From assembly GCA_963797095.1 (NCBI GenBank), contig CAWCNY010000003.1, forward strand, positions 64,001-128,000: 64,000 nt of DNA, read 5' to 3'. Both the position numbers and the translations under genes were made by a program. The notes under the pieces were generated by a model, which did no database searches, was not told where the DNA came from, and saw only the letters and a list, made by a program, of their open reading frames with translations. Numbering within the stretch: the first letter of the stretch is position 1; every line of letters starts with the position of its first letter. The stretch is from an uncultured Chloroflexia bacterium. Lineage in GTDB: Bacteria; Chloroflexota; Chloroflexia; QHBQ01; JADMIH01. Of the stretch, positions 1 to 10,266 are shown piece by piece.

Positions 1-3000
1 GTTGAAATGGCATAACTCAAGCGCCTTGCGGGCCATCTCGGCAAAGGCATCCGGGTCGTCCAGGAGCCGCTTGAGCACTCCAGCTCCACCCTCAGCCGAT
101 TTATAGATCAGGATGATACGTCGATCGTCAGAGCTGGGAAGGGGCTCAGTTGCCAGCTCGTTATCTTCGAGCTGGTAGAGCACCTGTATCGCGCTCTTGA
201 CGGCCGCTTGCAAAGAAGCCATCAAAGCCGCATCGACGTCCCCTGTTGGCTGTATTAGAAGACAGTTGCGGCGATCTTCAACATATGGGATAACGCGAGC
301 CTTGGACGGCGACATCGGGTCAGACTGGTCGGCTTCCTCAAGGGCCTCGTTTCGTGCCCAGTAGCCTCTCTCCAAATCCAGTTGGAAACCATACTGCCCC
401 CGATCACGCCGTCGGGCCCACCCAAGGTTGATGCGCCAGATGGTAGCGGTATGGCCATAGGTGAGAAGCGCCAGCGGATCGCTGCCACCGCTGCCGCCAC
501 TTCCGCTCTTGTTGTCGGCGCTTCCAACGTCCGTACCAGCCTGAAGGTCGACAGAGGCCGTTTGCATAGAAGGCTGCCCCTCGTGCTCGCCGAAGCGCAC
601 ACCCGAGATGATTTCGTAGCCCATGCGTTGGCGTTCTTCCTCGTCGGAGCTAATCTTGTCACGCCGCTTTGTAGACACGTTTTGCAGACGGAATAGCTTG
701 CGTAACGGGTCGCCCAATGGTGCATGACAGTTTTCGCACAGATCAGGCCCGACCCCGTCGGTGATCGGATGCAGATAGCCGCATCGTTCGCAGCGCTTGG
801 CCTCCAGCATGGCCACATTATTCTGCTCGAGGGCGCCGTCCTCATTGCTGTCACCAACCGGTAAGATCACTTTGTTGATCAGGTAGCGCGAGCCCTCGTG
901 GTAGATGATGGCCCGCGGCCCGAACTCGGAGACGGCCAGGAAGCGGGGTCGGGACAGGAACTCATCTCGTTGCTTTACCCGGCGCGCCGGAATGAAGGCT
1001 GATATAGGCAGACGGGGGAAGCTGTAGCCTGGCAGGAAACCCTCTGAAGCGAAATACCGGTATGAGTAGAAGTCGGACTGCACCACGTTATCAACTTCGG
1101 TAAGGAGATCGATCTGCGATTCCGCTTCGCGGCGCAACCTCTTCGCCTGGTTCTTATCCTCCGAGCTGCGCGAGGCATCCAGTACGATACGCTGCTGCAT
1201 CTGAGATTGCTTGAGGGCCGCCCGATAGAGGCTGCGCCAGCGCTCAATCGTCTGGTCAAACTGCCGGGCCACCTGGGCGAGCACCTTGTCGAGCCAACCT
1301 TCGCTATACCACTCAGCCGAGAGGAGATCTTCGCCCAGGGAGGTGAGCACCCGTTCGGCACGGGCACGTGCCTGGCGGCGGAACTGCTCGTTGTTGATCG
1401 TATCTTGCACCTCAGGCTGCAGTTCAAGGGTCGGTTGGTCTCCAGAGATGTCGAGGATATCTTTGAGCGACTTCCCAAGGCTCTGGCGGCTCTCGGCGAG
1501 CCAGATTGCATGTATGTGAGAGCGTACCAAGTCCTCATTGGCTAGGTCCAGTCTGGGCGGGGTGACAGCCCCGGCTACCATCTGCTCCGGGCGCTTGAAG
1601 AAATACTGGTCGTGCGGGCTGCCGGTAGTGCAATATGAAAAGACGAGAGCTGGCTGGCCGCTTCTACCTGCACGCCCCGAGCGCTGAGCGTAGTTAGCCG
1701 GCGTTGGCGGCACGTTTCGCATGTTCACCATGTTGAGCTCGGAAATATCTACTCCCAACTCCATCGTAGGCGAGCAATAGAGCACCGGCAGCTTGCCCTC
1801 ACGAAACTCCTCTTCCCTCTCCTCACGCAGTTCGTAGGGCACCTGGGCAGTGTGCTCGCGTGCTCGAAAGCCCTGTAGCTCATCGGCCGCTTGCTTGTAG
1901 AAGTCGACGAAGAACTGGTTTGTTCGACCTCCTCGTATGGTGCTGTTCGCTCCCCGACTTCGGCCTGAACTACCTGAAGCACTGGGCACTCGGATCGGGT
2001 CGTGGAAGGCCCTCGTGCCATCGCCTGCTTGCCACAGCATGGCGGAGGCAGGCACCTGGTAGCCTGGCACATCCTTGCCTGTGCCGTTGCCGTTGCCGTT
2101 GCTTTTGGCGTGGCTCTTACCTTTGCCGCTCTGAGCTTCGCGCACTACTTCCACGAGGCCTGCCACCCGGAGGCCCTCGAGCAGGTCGCAAATCACTTGC
2201 TGGCTATCCTCAACGCTCAGTCTTTCGCCGCCTGGGAAGGTGGTGCGCCGCCGCAGATACTGACCGTATCCGCCTCTGGCCGACAAATACACGTCGCCGC
2301 CGAAATCGCCGGGACGGCTCGGCCGCGGGTAGAGCACGCTTGAGTGTTCCATCTTCTCATTCTCGTCGATGGCCCAGGGGTCTATGAGGCGCTGGCTGCT
2401 CTGCTGCTGGATCCGTTCCTGTGCGTCCTGGTCCAGGTAATCTACTTTGATCGCAAGCTCGCGCCTCATGAAATCAAGCAAGACCCGAGATATCCTGGCC
2501 CGGGTCTCTGGAGCAGCGGAAGCAAGCGCCGGATGGCGCTCACCCCACACATCCTCCGCCCCGCATACATCATCGAGGGATAGATAGTCGATGCGAAGGA
2601 GCCCGCATTGCTCAAGGTTCGGAGAGGTGATGCGCCAGCCGCGCTTGAGGTCACGGTACAAGCGATAACCCAGCACCTCACGTAGCGCACGCTCGGTCTC
2701 TTTGAGGAGTTGGAAGCGCACGTCCGGGTCGCTAGCGTATAGCTCGATGGGCAGGTTTATAGCAGAGAATACTCTTTGTGTGAGCGACGCATGGTCGAGG
2801 CCTTCGCTGCCGAAGTCACGGACGGCGCGATATAAAGCAGAACGCAACAACCCGATCTCAACGAAGTCATTGAAGTGGCCTGCCTGCAGCGACGCATCCT
2901 GGCGGTTGTCGGTGAAGCTGAGCAGTTTGCGGGCGCGGCGGGGAAGGTCTGACCTCCGCAGCTCGCGTACTGCCGACATGCTGAGGATGGTGGTGGCAGT

Positions 3001-4875
3001 GCTCCTCCCTTCAGAGCTGAGAAGAGCCAACTTTGCAAAGTCGTTTTGCTGGCGGAAGTCATACGATACGCCACAATTGAGGCAGAATCGGAATGGGGCT
3101 CCTATGTAATGACACAGGAGGCTATCTTCATCATTAGTTGCCCCATTGTTCTCTCCCCTCTCCTCCTTGCCTTCCCCTCCCCTCTCTCGTCCGTCGGGAG
3201 CTACGCTTACTGTCGTGGGCAAGTCTTTGCGTCGGGAGCCTACCACTCGGCGCACGCCGTTCTGGTCTTCTACCCAATCTTCTGGGAGCCGGTCGAGCAT
3301 TTCGTCGTAATCGGACGGCCACGGCTCATCCGAGCTAAAGTGGAGGAACCCTGCTTCGCTGGCACCGATATCGGCCTGGTCTCCCAGGTCGCGCGGTATG
3401 TAGGTGTAACCGCCACTATCGTTGTCGTACATGCGCCGGATTACGAAGTATTCTTCACCACATTCTCGGCAGAAGACCACGGGCAGCAGCACATGATCCC
3501 GGCTGCCAGGTTTGTATTTCTGGCCATGGACGGTAATATACCTGCTGCTTTCCGGCTCTAACGAGGCGTACACAGCATCACCCTTCGAGATGAACTGGTG
3601 CAGGCGAAAGGCGAATGCCGGAAAGCCGGTTTCGGGGTTGCGCTCACAGGTGTAGCCGGCGAGGAAACCCTCGCGTATGGCGGCAGCGCAGCGTTCCTCT
3701 TCAACCCCCGTGAGCGTGCTCAGTTTGCGAGCCGCACCATCCGGTCCTTCTATGCTCTGGGGTGTGGATCGCACAAGACGTCCGCTTGGGTCGGCCGTCA
3801 CCCCGAAAGTGCTCTCGATCCAGATGGAGAGTGGATCCTTGATGAACTCGGCGAAAGCGCTGGGCGGGTGCATCTCTGGATTGGCTATTCTACGGGTAAG
3901 CAGGGTTACAAACTCGGGGTCGCTCAGGTCGCGCTCGTGTGTGGCACGACGCAATGTCTCACCTATCACGCTATCGGGGCGCACTTCAGAACCGAAGAGG
4001 CGAGTAGCAACCGCGGCCACTTGGGAGCGCTGTTCGTCATAGCTTCCAACTCCTGCCAACGTGGCCGACGTGCCAACGCACTGTAGAGGCGGCTGGGTTT
4101 CATGGCTTTGCAGCCGGTCGCGGACCCTACGTACAAGCAAAGCCACATCCGCGCCTTGCCTACCTCGGTAGGTATGCAACTCGTCGAGCACCAGGAAGCG
4201 CATGCCTTTAGCAGCCTCGATGAGTGGCCGCTCAATAGGGCGGGTGAGGATCAGCTCCAACATGACGTAGTTTGTGAGCAGGATATCGGGTGGGTTGGCC
4301 ATGATGGCCTGACGGTCAACGTCAGACTCCTGGCCAGTGTAGCGAGCAAAGGTGACAGGACCCTTGCCGTCCGGGTAGCCGTAATTGAGGAACTTCTCAA
4401 GCTCCCCGTACTGGCTGTTTGCCAGCGCGTTCATGGGGTAGACCACGATAGCCTGGATACCCTTACCCCGCCCCCGGCGCAGTACATGGTCCACGATGGG
4501 CACTATGTAGGCTAAACTCTTGCCCGAGCCGGTGCCGGTCGTGAGCACATAGTTGGCGCCGCTTCGGGCTGTGCGTGCTGCTTCAGATTGGTGCCTGTGC
4601 AGACGCAGGGGTTGGCCTGGGTCCTGACGGTCGCGTTTTATACGGAAGACCCGAGCGCACTCAGGATGAAGCACGCCTTCGCCAACCAGGTCCTCGATCC
4701 ATTCGCCTGGCTCAAAGGAGGGGTTTAGCTGTGTAAGAGGATCGGGCCAAAGAGCCCCACTATCCAGGCTCTCGCGTACACGATTGCTGATTTCCTCGTC
4801 TCGAATATTTATGAAGCTTGAGACGTAGGTTTTGTAGCCAGAAATGAGTTGATCACGGATATCAAAGACGTTCAT
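1..4875 (-). CDS. Large SF2 DEAD/DEAH-box helicase, probably with C-terminal DUF1998 (3' end beyond the window edge)
   Basis: Absent from the ORF track because there is no stop in the window. Manual translation from ATG 4875: MNVFDIRDQLISGYKTYVSSFINIRD..., Walker A TGTGSGKS, motif II LVLDELHTYRG (~4170-4195), motif VI NYAQRSGRAGR (~1665-1695), and RKALELCHFN at position 1, all in one frame. Confidence 0.9.
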   Translation of the reverse strand, partial: MNVFDIRDQLISGYKTYVSSFINIRDEEISNRVRESLDSGALWPDPLTQLNPSFEPGEWIEDLVGEGVLHPECARVFRIKRDRQDPGQPLRLHRHQSEAARTARSGANYVLTTGTGSGKSLAYIVPIVDHVLRRGRGKGIQAIVVYPMNALANSQYGELEKFLNYGYPDGKGPVTFARYTGQESDVDRQAIMANPPDILLTNYVMLELILTRPIERPLIEAAKGMRFLVLDELHTYRGRQGADVALLVRRVRDRLQSHETQPPLQCVGTSATLAGVGSYDEQRSQVAAVATRLFGSEVRPDSVIGETLRRATHERDLSDPEFVTLLTRRIANPEMHPPSAFAEFIKDPLSIWIESTFGVTADPSGRLVRSTPQSIEGPDGAARKLSTLTGVEEERCAAAIREGFLAGYTCERNPETGFPAFAFRLHQFISKGDAVYASLEPESSRYITVHGQKYKPGSRDHVLLPVVFCRECGEEYFVIRRMYDNDSGGYTYIPRDLGDQADIGASEAGFLHFSSDEPWPSDYDEMLDRLPEDWVEDQNGVRRVVGSRRKDLPTTVSVAPDGRERGGEGKEERGENNGATNDEDSLLCHYIGAPFRFCLNCGVSYDFRQQNDFAKLALLSSEGRSTATTILSMSAVRELRRSDLPRRARKLLSFTDNRQDASLQAGHFNDFVEIGLLRSALYRAVRDFGSEGLDHASLTQRVFSAINLPIELYASDPDVRFQLLKETERALREVLGYRLYRDLKRGWRITSPNLEQCGLLRIDYLSLDDVCGAEDVWGERHPALASAAPETRARISRVLLDFMRRELAIKVDYLDQDAQERIQQQSSQRLIDPWAIDENEKMEHSSVLYPRPSRPGDFGGDVYLSARGGYGQYLRRRTTFPGGERLSVEDSQQVICDLLEGLRVAGLVEVVREAQSGKGKSHAKSNGNGNGTGKDVPGYQVPASAMLWQAGDGTRAFHDPIRVPSASGSSGRSRGANSTIRGGRTNQFFVDFYKQAADELQGFRAREHTAQVPYELREEREEEFREGKLPVLYCSPTMELGVDISELNMVNMRNVPPTPANYAQRSGRAGRSGQPALVFSYCTTGSPHDQYFFKRPEQMVAGAVTPPRLDLANEDLVRSHIHAIWLAESRQSLGKSLKDILDISGDQPTLELQPEVQDTINNEQFRRQARARAERVLTSLGEDLLSAEWYSEGWLDKVLAQVARQFDQTIERWRSLYRAALKQSQMQQRIVLDASRSSEDKNQAKRLRREAESQIDLLTEVDNVVQSDFYSYRYFASEGFLPGYSFPRLPISAFIPARRVKQRDEFLSRPRFLAVSEFGPRAIIYHEGSRYLINKVILPVGDSNEDGALEQNNVAMLEAKRCERCGYLHPITDGVGPDLCENCHAPLGDPLRKLFRLQNVSTKRRDKISSDEEERQRMGYEIISGVRFGEHEGQPSMQTASVDLQAGTDVGSADNKSGSGGSGGSDPLALLTYGHTATIWRINLGWARRRDRGQYGFQLDLERGYWARNEALEEADQSDPMSPSKARVIPYVEDRRNCLLIQPTGDVDAALMASLQAAVKSAIQVLYQLEDNELATEPLPSSDDRRIILIYKSAEGGAGVLKRLLDDPDAFAEMARKALELCHFN

Positions 4876-4959
4876 CAAGTCGCCTCATCGTACTTCTTTG
4901 TAGTTTGAGCATCTACTACGATCAAATCCAAGTAGGCCGTACACGTCGGCTCGAAATGT

Positions 4960-5250
4960 CTACCTGCCATCGTGGGTCTTGCGAGGCCTCCCCTTTGGGT
5001 AGCCGTTTGGTCGATCGGCAACAGCTTCAAGGTCTAAAGCGTAAATGAGCAACAAGCCTGCAGCGGGTACAGACTTGATCCGGCAGGCCTCCAAAAGAAA
5101 GGCAAGTTCAGCGGGTTCTCCACGGTGGGCTTTTAGACGGCCGCTCTGGATAAGGGCTTGCACTCGCCTTCGACTAACGCCCAGGCGTATTGCAACCTCG
5201 CCAGTCGTGAGCACTCCGGTTTCTTCGTACACTGCAATACCTCGTGGCAA
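4960..5250 (-). CDS. Small excisionase/HTH_17-like DNA-binding protein
   Basis: LTTGEVAIRLGVSRRRVQALIQSGRLKA fits the HTH_17 pattern; basic GRPRK tail. Confidence 0.7.
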   Translation of the reverse strand: MPRGIAVYEETGVLTTGEVAIRLGVSRRRVQALIQSGRLKAHRGEPAELAFLLEACRIKSVPAAGLLLIYALDLEAVADRPNGYPKGRPRKTHDGR

Positions 5251-5687
5251 AACACAACAACATGCACGCTCGTCCGAATATTAGGTCGAGCAAGTACTCG
5301 GATGCTGTTACAAGTCTACATAGTATGCACTTCAGCGAACAGTTTGTCAATAAGACTGGAATGCCGGAACCAGAATGCAGCCTGCAGATGATTGTGGCCG
5401 TAGTGTCGGCTAATGAGGGTGTGGTAAGTCGCGATGTCAGCTCCGCTGACTTGGCGACTCGACTTGGCGAGTGAGGTCTCGAAAAGGAAGCAGTCTCTGC
5501 GGGCGAAGCTTGCGTAGCCTGCTGTGACTGCCTTTAAAGCCTCTTCTCAGAACTTCTCCAATCCAGTCAAATGTACACTGTGCGTATAGGACTCTTGGTT
5601 GTATGTTGCACGCCCGATTTACGCTCATTTGGTGTTCGCACGCTAGGGGTCACGTGATAGGAGGTCTACTTACCTAGCGTGCGAACA

Positions 5688-7319
5688 TTATGAGTGCTCA
5701 TTCTGGTCCTCGACGTCGTGCCCAAGCAGGTTCCTCAATGTGACGAAATAGTAAGACATTTTGTTAGTCATGGGATCCCAGGTGGGCCTGCTCTGGTACT
5801 TGCGAGTGAGCTTTCTTGCCTCATGCATGAACTCGACAAACCGTTGCTCAGAGAGGCCGGAAGCTTGCCACAGGTTCAGAGCTTGTTTCATGTTGGATGC
5901 TTCGTGAACGGTGTCACCTAATTCATTTGAGAAATCAGAAGTAACCGAAGCTATGTAATGTGAATAGCCTGGTATACCCGTTTTCGTTTCTCCCGTCACA
6001 ACTTTGTTTTTTCGAGGGTGCCGATTCGAATCAGATTCTTTATGTATTTCTTCTGTTTTTAATGGTTCTATTTCGGGTAAATTGCCCTTCCATCCCCTCG
6101 GTAAACTCGTGTTCGTAGGGGCCATAGAAGGCATGTTTACCATCCCGGTCAATCTCTGTTCTAGCTCCCATGTAAAGCCTTGTTCTACCCCCTCTGTAAA
6201 TGAATGTTCTATCCCCCCTGTAAAGCCTTGTTCTATCCCTCTTGATCGATTGAGTGGAGTACCGTCTTTGCCGGTAGATGGAGACGCTTTTGCGTGTTCT
6301 GTAATAGATTGCGATACTGAAAATCTGGAGTGCCTCAACTGGCGCTGGCGACTGCTAACGTGTTCATGCGATGCCTGCTCGGAACCTATGCCTTCCCGGT
6401 CACCTCCATCCGTTGACATTATCTCCTCTTCGGTAGGCTGGTCAGGTTCTAATTGCTTACGTATCGCCTCTAGTAACCCGCTGAAGTCATAAGCGTTCGT
6501 ATCCTGACCATTCTCGTTGGACCGATGTACCAGGCGCAGGTAACCTGTCTTTACCAGGGTGGACTTGATATTTATGATCTGCTGCCGGCTATAGCCTGTT
6601 CGTTCAGCCATCTTCCTTAAGCTGGGGTATGGGAGGGCAGTATCCCACTGGAACGAAAAAATGTAGCATACGAACCATACCTGCTGCGGCGAGAGCCCCA
6701 ACTCCCTCTGATAAGTGAACAGTGCGCGAGGTATGGCTGCAACGCCATGCTTGCATATGACCCGGCCATAGCGAGCTACAAAGCTCGGATCGTACTCGGC
6801 GTAGTCCTCCTCCCCCGGAGACCTTCCTTCACCTCGAACAGGATTCTCGGCTTGCCCATCTTCCGATAACAGTTCTTCCATACGGCGGAATAACTCGGAA
6901 AAATCGTAGGCGTTGGTATCCTGGTCGTTCTTCTCTCCGCGTCGCGGATATATCTGAAGGTAGCCGCAATTATGAAGTTCATTGCATCGATACTGCAAAA
7001 CGCGCCGTGTCACGCCGGCGCACCGTGCCATTTTGTTCATACTGGGGTAAGGGAGTTCGCTGCTCCACTTATGGGCCAAAATGTAGGAGATGAACCAGAC
7101 CTGCTGGGCTGTCAGTTCGAGCTTCCGCTGGTAGTGATATAAGGCTGACGGTATGGCAGCGATCCCATCACTCAGGATCAGCCTCCCGAATCTTGCGGCG
7201 AAACTGGTGCCTGGTACTGGTGCGGGCCCTGCCCTGCTACTATCTCCTGGGGCACGGGAGGATGCCCTTCCAGCGGGCGGTGTCCCGGATCTTGAATATT
7301 CCCTGTCGTTTTTCGGCAT
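5688..7319 (-). CDS. Putative replication initiator with two tandem DnaD-N/HTH_36-like winged-helix domains
   Basis: Internal duplication GIAAIPSALYHYQ...LPYPSMNKMA...QDTNAYDFS / GVAAIPRALFTYQ...LPYPSLRKMA...QDTNAYDFS; GGAGG RBS before ATG 7319; iteron-like repeats inside the gene. Confidence 0.7.
   Translation of the reverse strand: MPKNDREYSRSGTPPAGRASSRAPGDSSRAGPAPVPGTSFAARFGRLILSDGIAAIPSALYHYQRKLELTAQQVWFISYILAHKWSSELPYPSMNKMARCAGVTRRVLQYRCNELHNCGYLQIYPRRGEKNDQDTNAYDFSELFRRMEELLSEDGQAENPVRGEGRSPGEEDYAEYDPSFVARYGRVICKHGVAAIPRALFTYQRELGLSPQQVWFVCYIFSFQWDTALPYPSLRKMAERTGYSRQQIINIKSTLVKTGYLRLVHRSNENGQDTNAYDFSGLLEAIRKQLEPDQPTEEEIMSTDGGDREGIGSEQASHEHVSSRQRQLRHSRFSVSQSITEHAKASPSTGKDGTPLNRSRGIEQGFTGGIEHSFTEGVEQGFTWELEQRLTGMVNMPSMAPTNTSLPRGWKGNLPEIEPLKTEEIHKESDSNRHPRKNKVVTGETKTGIPGYSHYIASVTSDFSNELGDTVHEASNMKQALNLWQASGLSEQRFVEFMHEARKLTRKYQSRPTWDPMTNKMSYYFVTLRNLLGHDVEDQNEHS
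6147..6242. repeat. Four 24-bp direct repeats (candidate iterons) inside the rep gene
   Basis: Units at 6147, 6171, 6195 and 6219, consensus TGTAAAGCCTTGTTCTA(T/C)CCCC, shared TGTTCTA core. Confidence 0.7.
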
Positions 7320-7337
7320 TAAAATACCCTCCACCTC

Positions 7338-7366
7338 TTGACTTTCGTGGAGGGCCGTGCTACAAT
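7338..7366 (+). promoter_or_regulatory. Sigma70-type promoter antisense to the rep leader
   Basis: TTGACT (7338-43), 17-bp spacer, TG-extended TACAAT (7361-66). Confidence 0.7.
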
Positions 7367-7372
7367 GTGCCT

Positions 7373-7465
7373 GCGAAGCAAATTTAGCAGATGCCCCTCC
7401 CGCCAAGAGGTTCATCAGCAGTCTAGAATTCCGAAACCTGATTGTTCCACCAATCGGGTTTTTTG
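7373..7465 (+). ncRNA. Predicted ~90-nt counter-transcribed (ctRNA-like) antisense RNA
   Basis: Lies between the promoter above and a + strand intrinsic terminator; has an internal hairpin GATGCCCCTC...GAGGTTCATC; complementary to the rep 5' leader. Confidence 0.55.
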
Positions 7466-7468
7466 TTT
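7434..7468 (+). terminator. Intrinsic terminator
   Basis: Stem AAACCTGATTG / CAATCGGGTTT, loop TTCCAC, followed by a T-run. Confidence 0.65.
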
Positions 7469-7630
7469 GTCTCAGACTGCCATATTTTTCTGTGTTATGA
7501 ATGCACTCTGGTGCTATGCTTCTTGCCTAAGGCGGCTCCTGTTGTAAGGTGGCCTGGTTGCGAGGTGCCACCCCCGTTTCCAGGCATGCGCCATATGACC
7601 ATCCCTGCCGAGGATGGTCGGTGCATCCAC

Positions 7631-7680
7631 CTTATAGCACATCCTTTCGGGGTAATACAATACTTTTGTGCACATCCTTT
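7631..7680 (-). promoter_or_regulatory. Candidate rep promoter overlapped by two 11-bp direct repeats
   Basis: Minus strand TTGTAT-18 bp-TATAAG; GCACATCCTTT (plus strand) at 7637 and 7670. Confidence 0.4.
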
Positions 7681-7824
7681 GATTATGTCGAGCTCGATTC
7701 GCGCGTGGCGATAGTTGTTCCTCGCGTCCATCTGCGCGATCGTTATTGTAGCAAGGCATGCTGTGGCGTCCATACAGGGGTGCCTGTGACTTAGCAGGAA
7801 AACAGCTTTTGTAGTGTTGTATGG

Positions 7825-8984
7825 TTACCCAGGACATGCTGAACCTGCTTCCGTTTTGGAGGCCAGATCTACCAGCTTATCTCCCACGCTTCCGAAAAGT
7901 GTCCAGGCAAACCCTGCCGTAGTTAGCAGGTCGGCGTATTGCCGGCCCACTCCTTCTGATCCGAAAAGCGCGATTACTGGTACAATCTGTGCGAGGCGGG
8001 AGTATTTCTTAATTCTCGACCCGGAGCTATCCTGCCGTTTAGTATTCCCAATTCTCGACCCCGTTCTGTGTGTCCAGAATGTGCGGCCAGCGCTCGGAGG
8101 ATGTGGTATAAGCACGGCAGTTTGCTCCGCGCACCCAGGTACATATGCTATGTAATCATTGACACTTGTAGGCACGAGCGCCCCAACCTGGCCCGCATGA
8201 AGACGGCTGATCCGATCCTGGAGCCTGGTGACCGGATATCCTTGCTGCAGGAGTTCTCTATGGCCAATTCCTCCTTTTTCAATACAGCTTCCACAAGCTG
8301 GCGTCGTTGTGGCGTTTCCTGGGGTCTCAGTCTAAGCGAACTGTACCGAACGGGCCTGATCAATGACCAGCCAGCCTCTTTGGTCTGGCGGGTGAGCTCA
8401 AGTAGCAGGCCACGCTGCTCGATGGTCTGTCGGCTAGGATGGCGACCATACCGCCAGTGGTACACGACGCCTATTGCCTCCGCTCCTTTCGCACGGATTG
8501 CCCAGTAGCATTGTGATGCGGCCCCTCTCTCTGGGTCGAGTTTGTTACCTCGAATGTAACCGTGATCCCGCAATAGACGGAGCAATCTCCATGTGTACGA
8601 CCGTCGTTTCCCAACGTGCAAAGACTCTCGAATCTGCGCTGTAGTAAGTTGGTTCATCGCCGCAAGAAGTTCGAGGACGGCCCGCTCGCGTGGGGTTACG
8701 GACCGGTCATAGGACACTACACGCCGTTCGTGCGGCACACCTAAGGCGTCTGATCCCTTCTCCAGTAGCGTCCAACACCGCTCAGAAGCAGCGCCGCGCT
8801 CGGGATGTAGCAGACCTGCCTCTACAAAGCCGGCTTGCTTAAGGCATTTTAGCTTCCGCTCGGTTGCTCTCGTCGTCGTAGCAGCCCCCAGGTACTCGTC
8901 TACCTGGCGTGTGGTCAGGTAGTCAAACGCGCCGAGTAACTTCAGAATGTCAGCTTGAGCTGGTGTAGGGATGGTCCGGGACAT
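7825..8984 (-). pseudogene. Replic_Relax-like protein with tandem wHTH domains, frameshifted near 8255 (pseudogene or sequencing indel)
   Basis: Duplicated domain ILKLLGAFDYLTTRQV...HPERGAASERCW / VLELLAAMNQLTTAQI...DPERGAASQCYW; one extra base at ATAGAG^AACTC would join the frame to the 7825-8175 ORF. Confidence 0.55.
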
Positions 8985-8991
8985 ACAGGCT

Positions 8992-9546
8992 CTATGCCTC
9001 GTTGTACAGATAAGAGTCCAGGTCATGGATAGGCATCGGTACATTGCGGCCAGGATCGAAAACGATGTCATCGCGAGCGCAGTAATAGAGTTGGGTCCAT
9101 TTTACGCGTGCTCGATTTAGCGCTGCGTCGTACCTTTCTTGCTTCCTTATGGCCTGTGGAATGCCAAGTAGTGGCAGCACCGTGAATACGGCAGTGACGG
9201 CCAGAATACCCACGACCCAATTTCCGCACGCAAACAGGCCGAATTCTGGTGTGACCGCGAATAAAGACAGTCCGATAGCAAGAACTCCTCCGGCTAGTAA
9301 AGACAGGAGAGCCAGTGCTATTCTCAAGCCCACCGCGCCTGGCCGCCTGCCCTGCGGGGAAAGGCGCATTGCAAGATCAGTGGTTGAAGTGCCCTGCGTA
9401 CCGATTAGGTAGAAGCTCCTACCGGTGAGGTTCGGCGCCAGACCAAATTGCTGCGTCGTCGTGTTGCCCTCGCTGACGACGGAACTCACCTTTCGTACAG
9501 CATCTATTTGCCCGCACTGTGGGCATACAGCACCCTGAAAGCTCAT
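8992..9546 (-). CDS. Hypothetical two-TM membrane protein with Cys motifs
   Basis: CPQCG near the N-terminus, two hydrophobic segments, YYCARDD near the C-terminus; AAAGGAG RBS before ATG 9546 (the ORF can extend to 9600). Confidence 0.6.
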   Translation of the reverse strand: MSFQGAVCPQCGQIDAVRKVSSVVSEGNTTTQQFGLAPNLTGRSFYLIGTQGTSTTDLAMRLSPQGRRPGAVGLRIALALLSLLAGGVLAIGLSLFAVTPEFGLFACGNWVVGILAVTAVFTVLPLLGIPQAIRKQERYDAALNRARVKWTQLYYCARDDIVFDPGRNVPMPIHDLDSYLYNEA

Positions 9547-9626
9547 ATTCGATCTCCTTTCGACTCCATCTCCGAAACTCACCTGCTCTTGAAGTCTCAT
9601 TTAGCTTTTGCCTATCTGTTTACTAT

Positions 9627-10247
9627 CTACGCATCTGCCACGTCTGGCGATTCAAACCCGGCCAACTTACCTGCTCCTAGCATTTCTCCGATCGCTGTGT
9701 TCAATCGCCGCCATGGCGCGGCATCCGAGTGCTTCACTTTAATGCTATTCACTTCACTTCCTACCACGAACGCAGACCCTGTGTCTAGATCCTCTACCAG
9801 GGCCAGGTAACGCTTCCGAACCGGGAAGTAAAGGCCTTCCAAAATCTGCACGCGTTTAGCCCTCCCCAGCGCACGAAGTGCGATCTCCTCGATAGATCTT
9901 TGCCGCTCGGCGATCAAAGGTATGACCCTATCGCTAGCTCTTGCTGTGTCCAGGTCAATCGCATTGTGCCTTTCTACCCACATCTCACCGAGCACCTGAA
10001 GACGTATATCCGCAACGGTCGTCCCGCCCGCCAGCCAAAACGAAAGGGATTTTCCAGCCTCCGCTAAATATGTTTCGTGAGCAAAGTTGAACTCGAACAG
10101 CCTTACATCTGGCTGTTCAGCAACTACATCGCAAATCTCTTGCAATCTAAATGGCCAGATCATGCTCACGCTATGCTCGTCTCCCTCAATATCCAATTCA
10201 TGGAAAAGATATCTATTGACCGCGATCCTTATGTCCACTTCGTTCAT
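9627..10247 (-). CDS. Hypothetical protein
   Basis: Co-oriented ORF in the operon; start trimmed to MNEVDI to avoid overlapping the upstream gene. Confidence 0.5.
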   Translation of the reverse strand: MNEVDIRIAVNRYLFHELDIEGDEHSVSMIWPFRLQEICDVVAEQPDVRLFEFNFAHETYLAEAGKSLSFWLAGGTTVADIRLQVLGEMWVERHNAIDLDTARASDRVIPLIAERQRSIEEIALRALGRAKRVQILEGLYFPVRKRYLALVEDLDTGSAFVVGSEVNSIKVKHSDAAPWRRLNTAIGEMLGAGKLAGFESPDVADA

Positions 10248-10266
10248 AGGGTATGAAGAGTGAGAC

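Noticed and set aside
255-4515. Many 60-200 aa ORFs in the track
   Set aside because: They are shadows of the single long minus-strand helicase frame.
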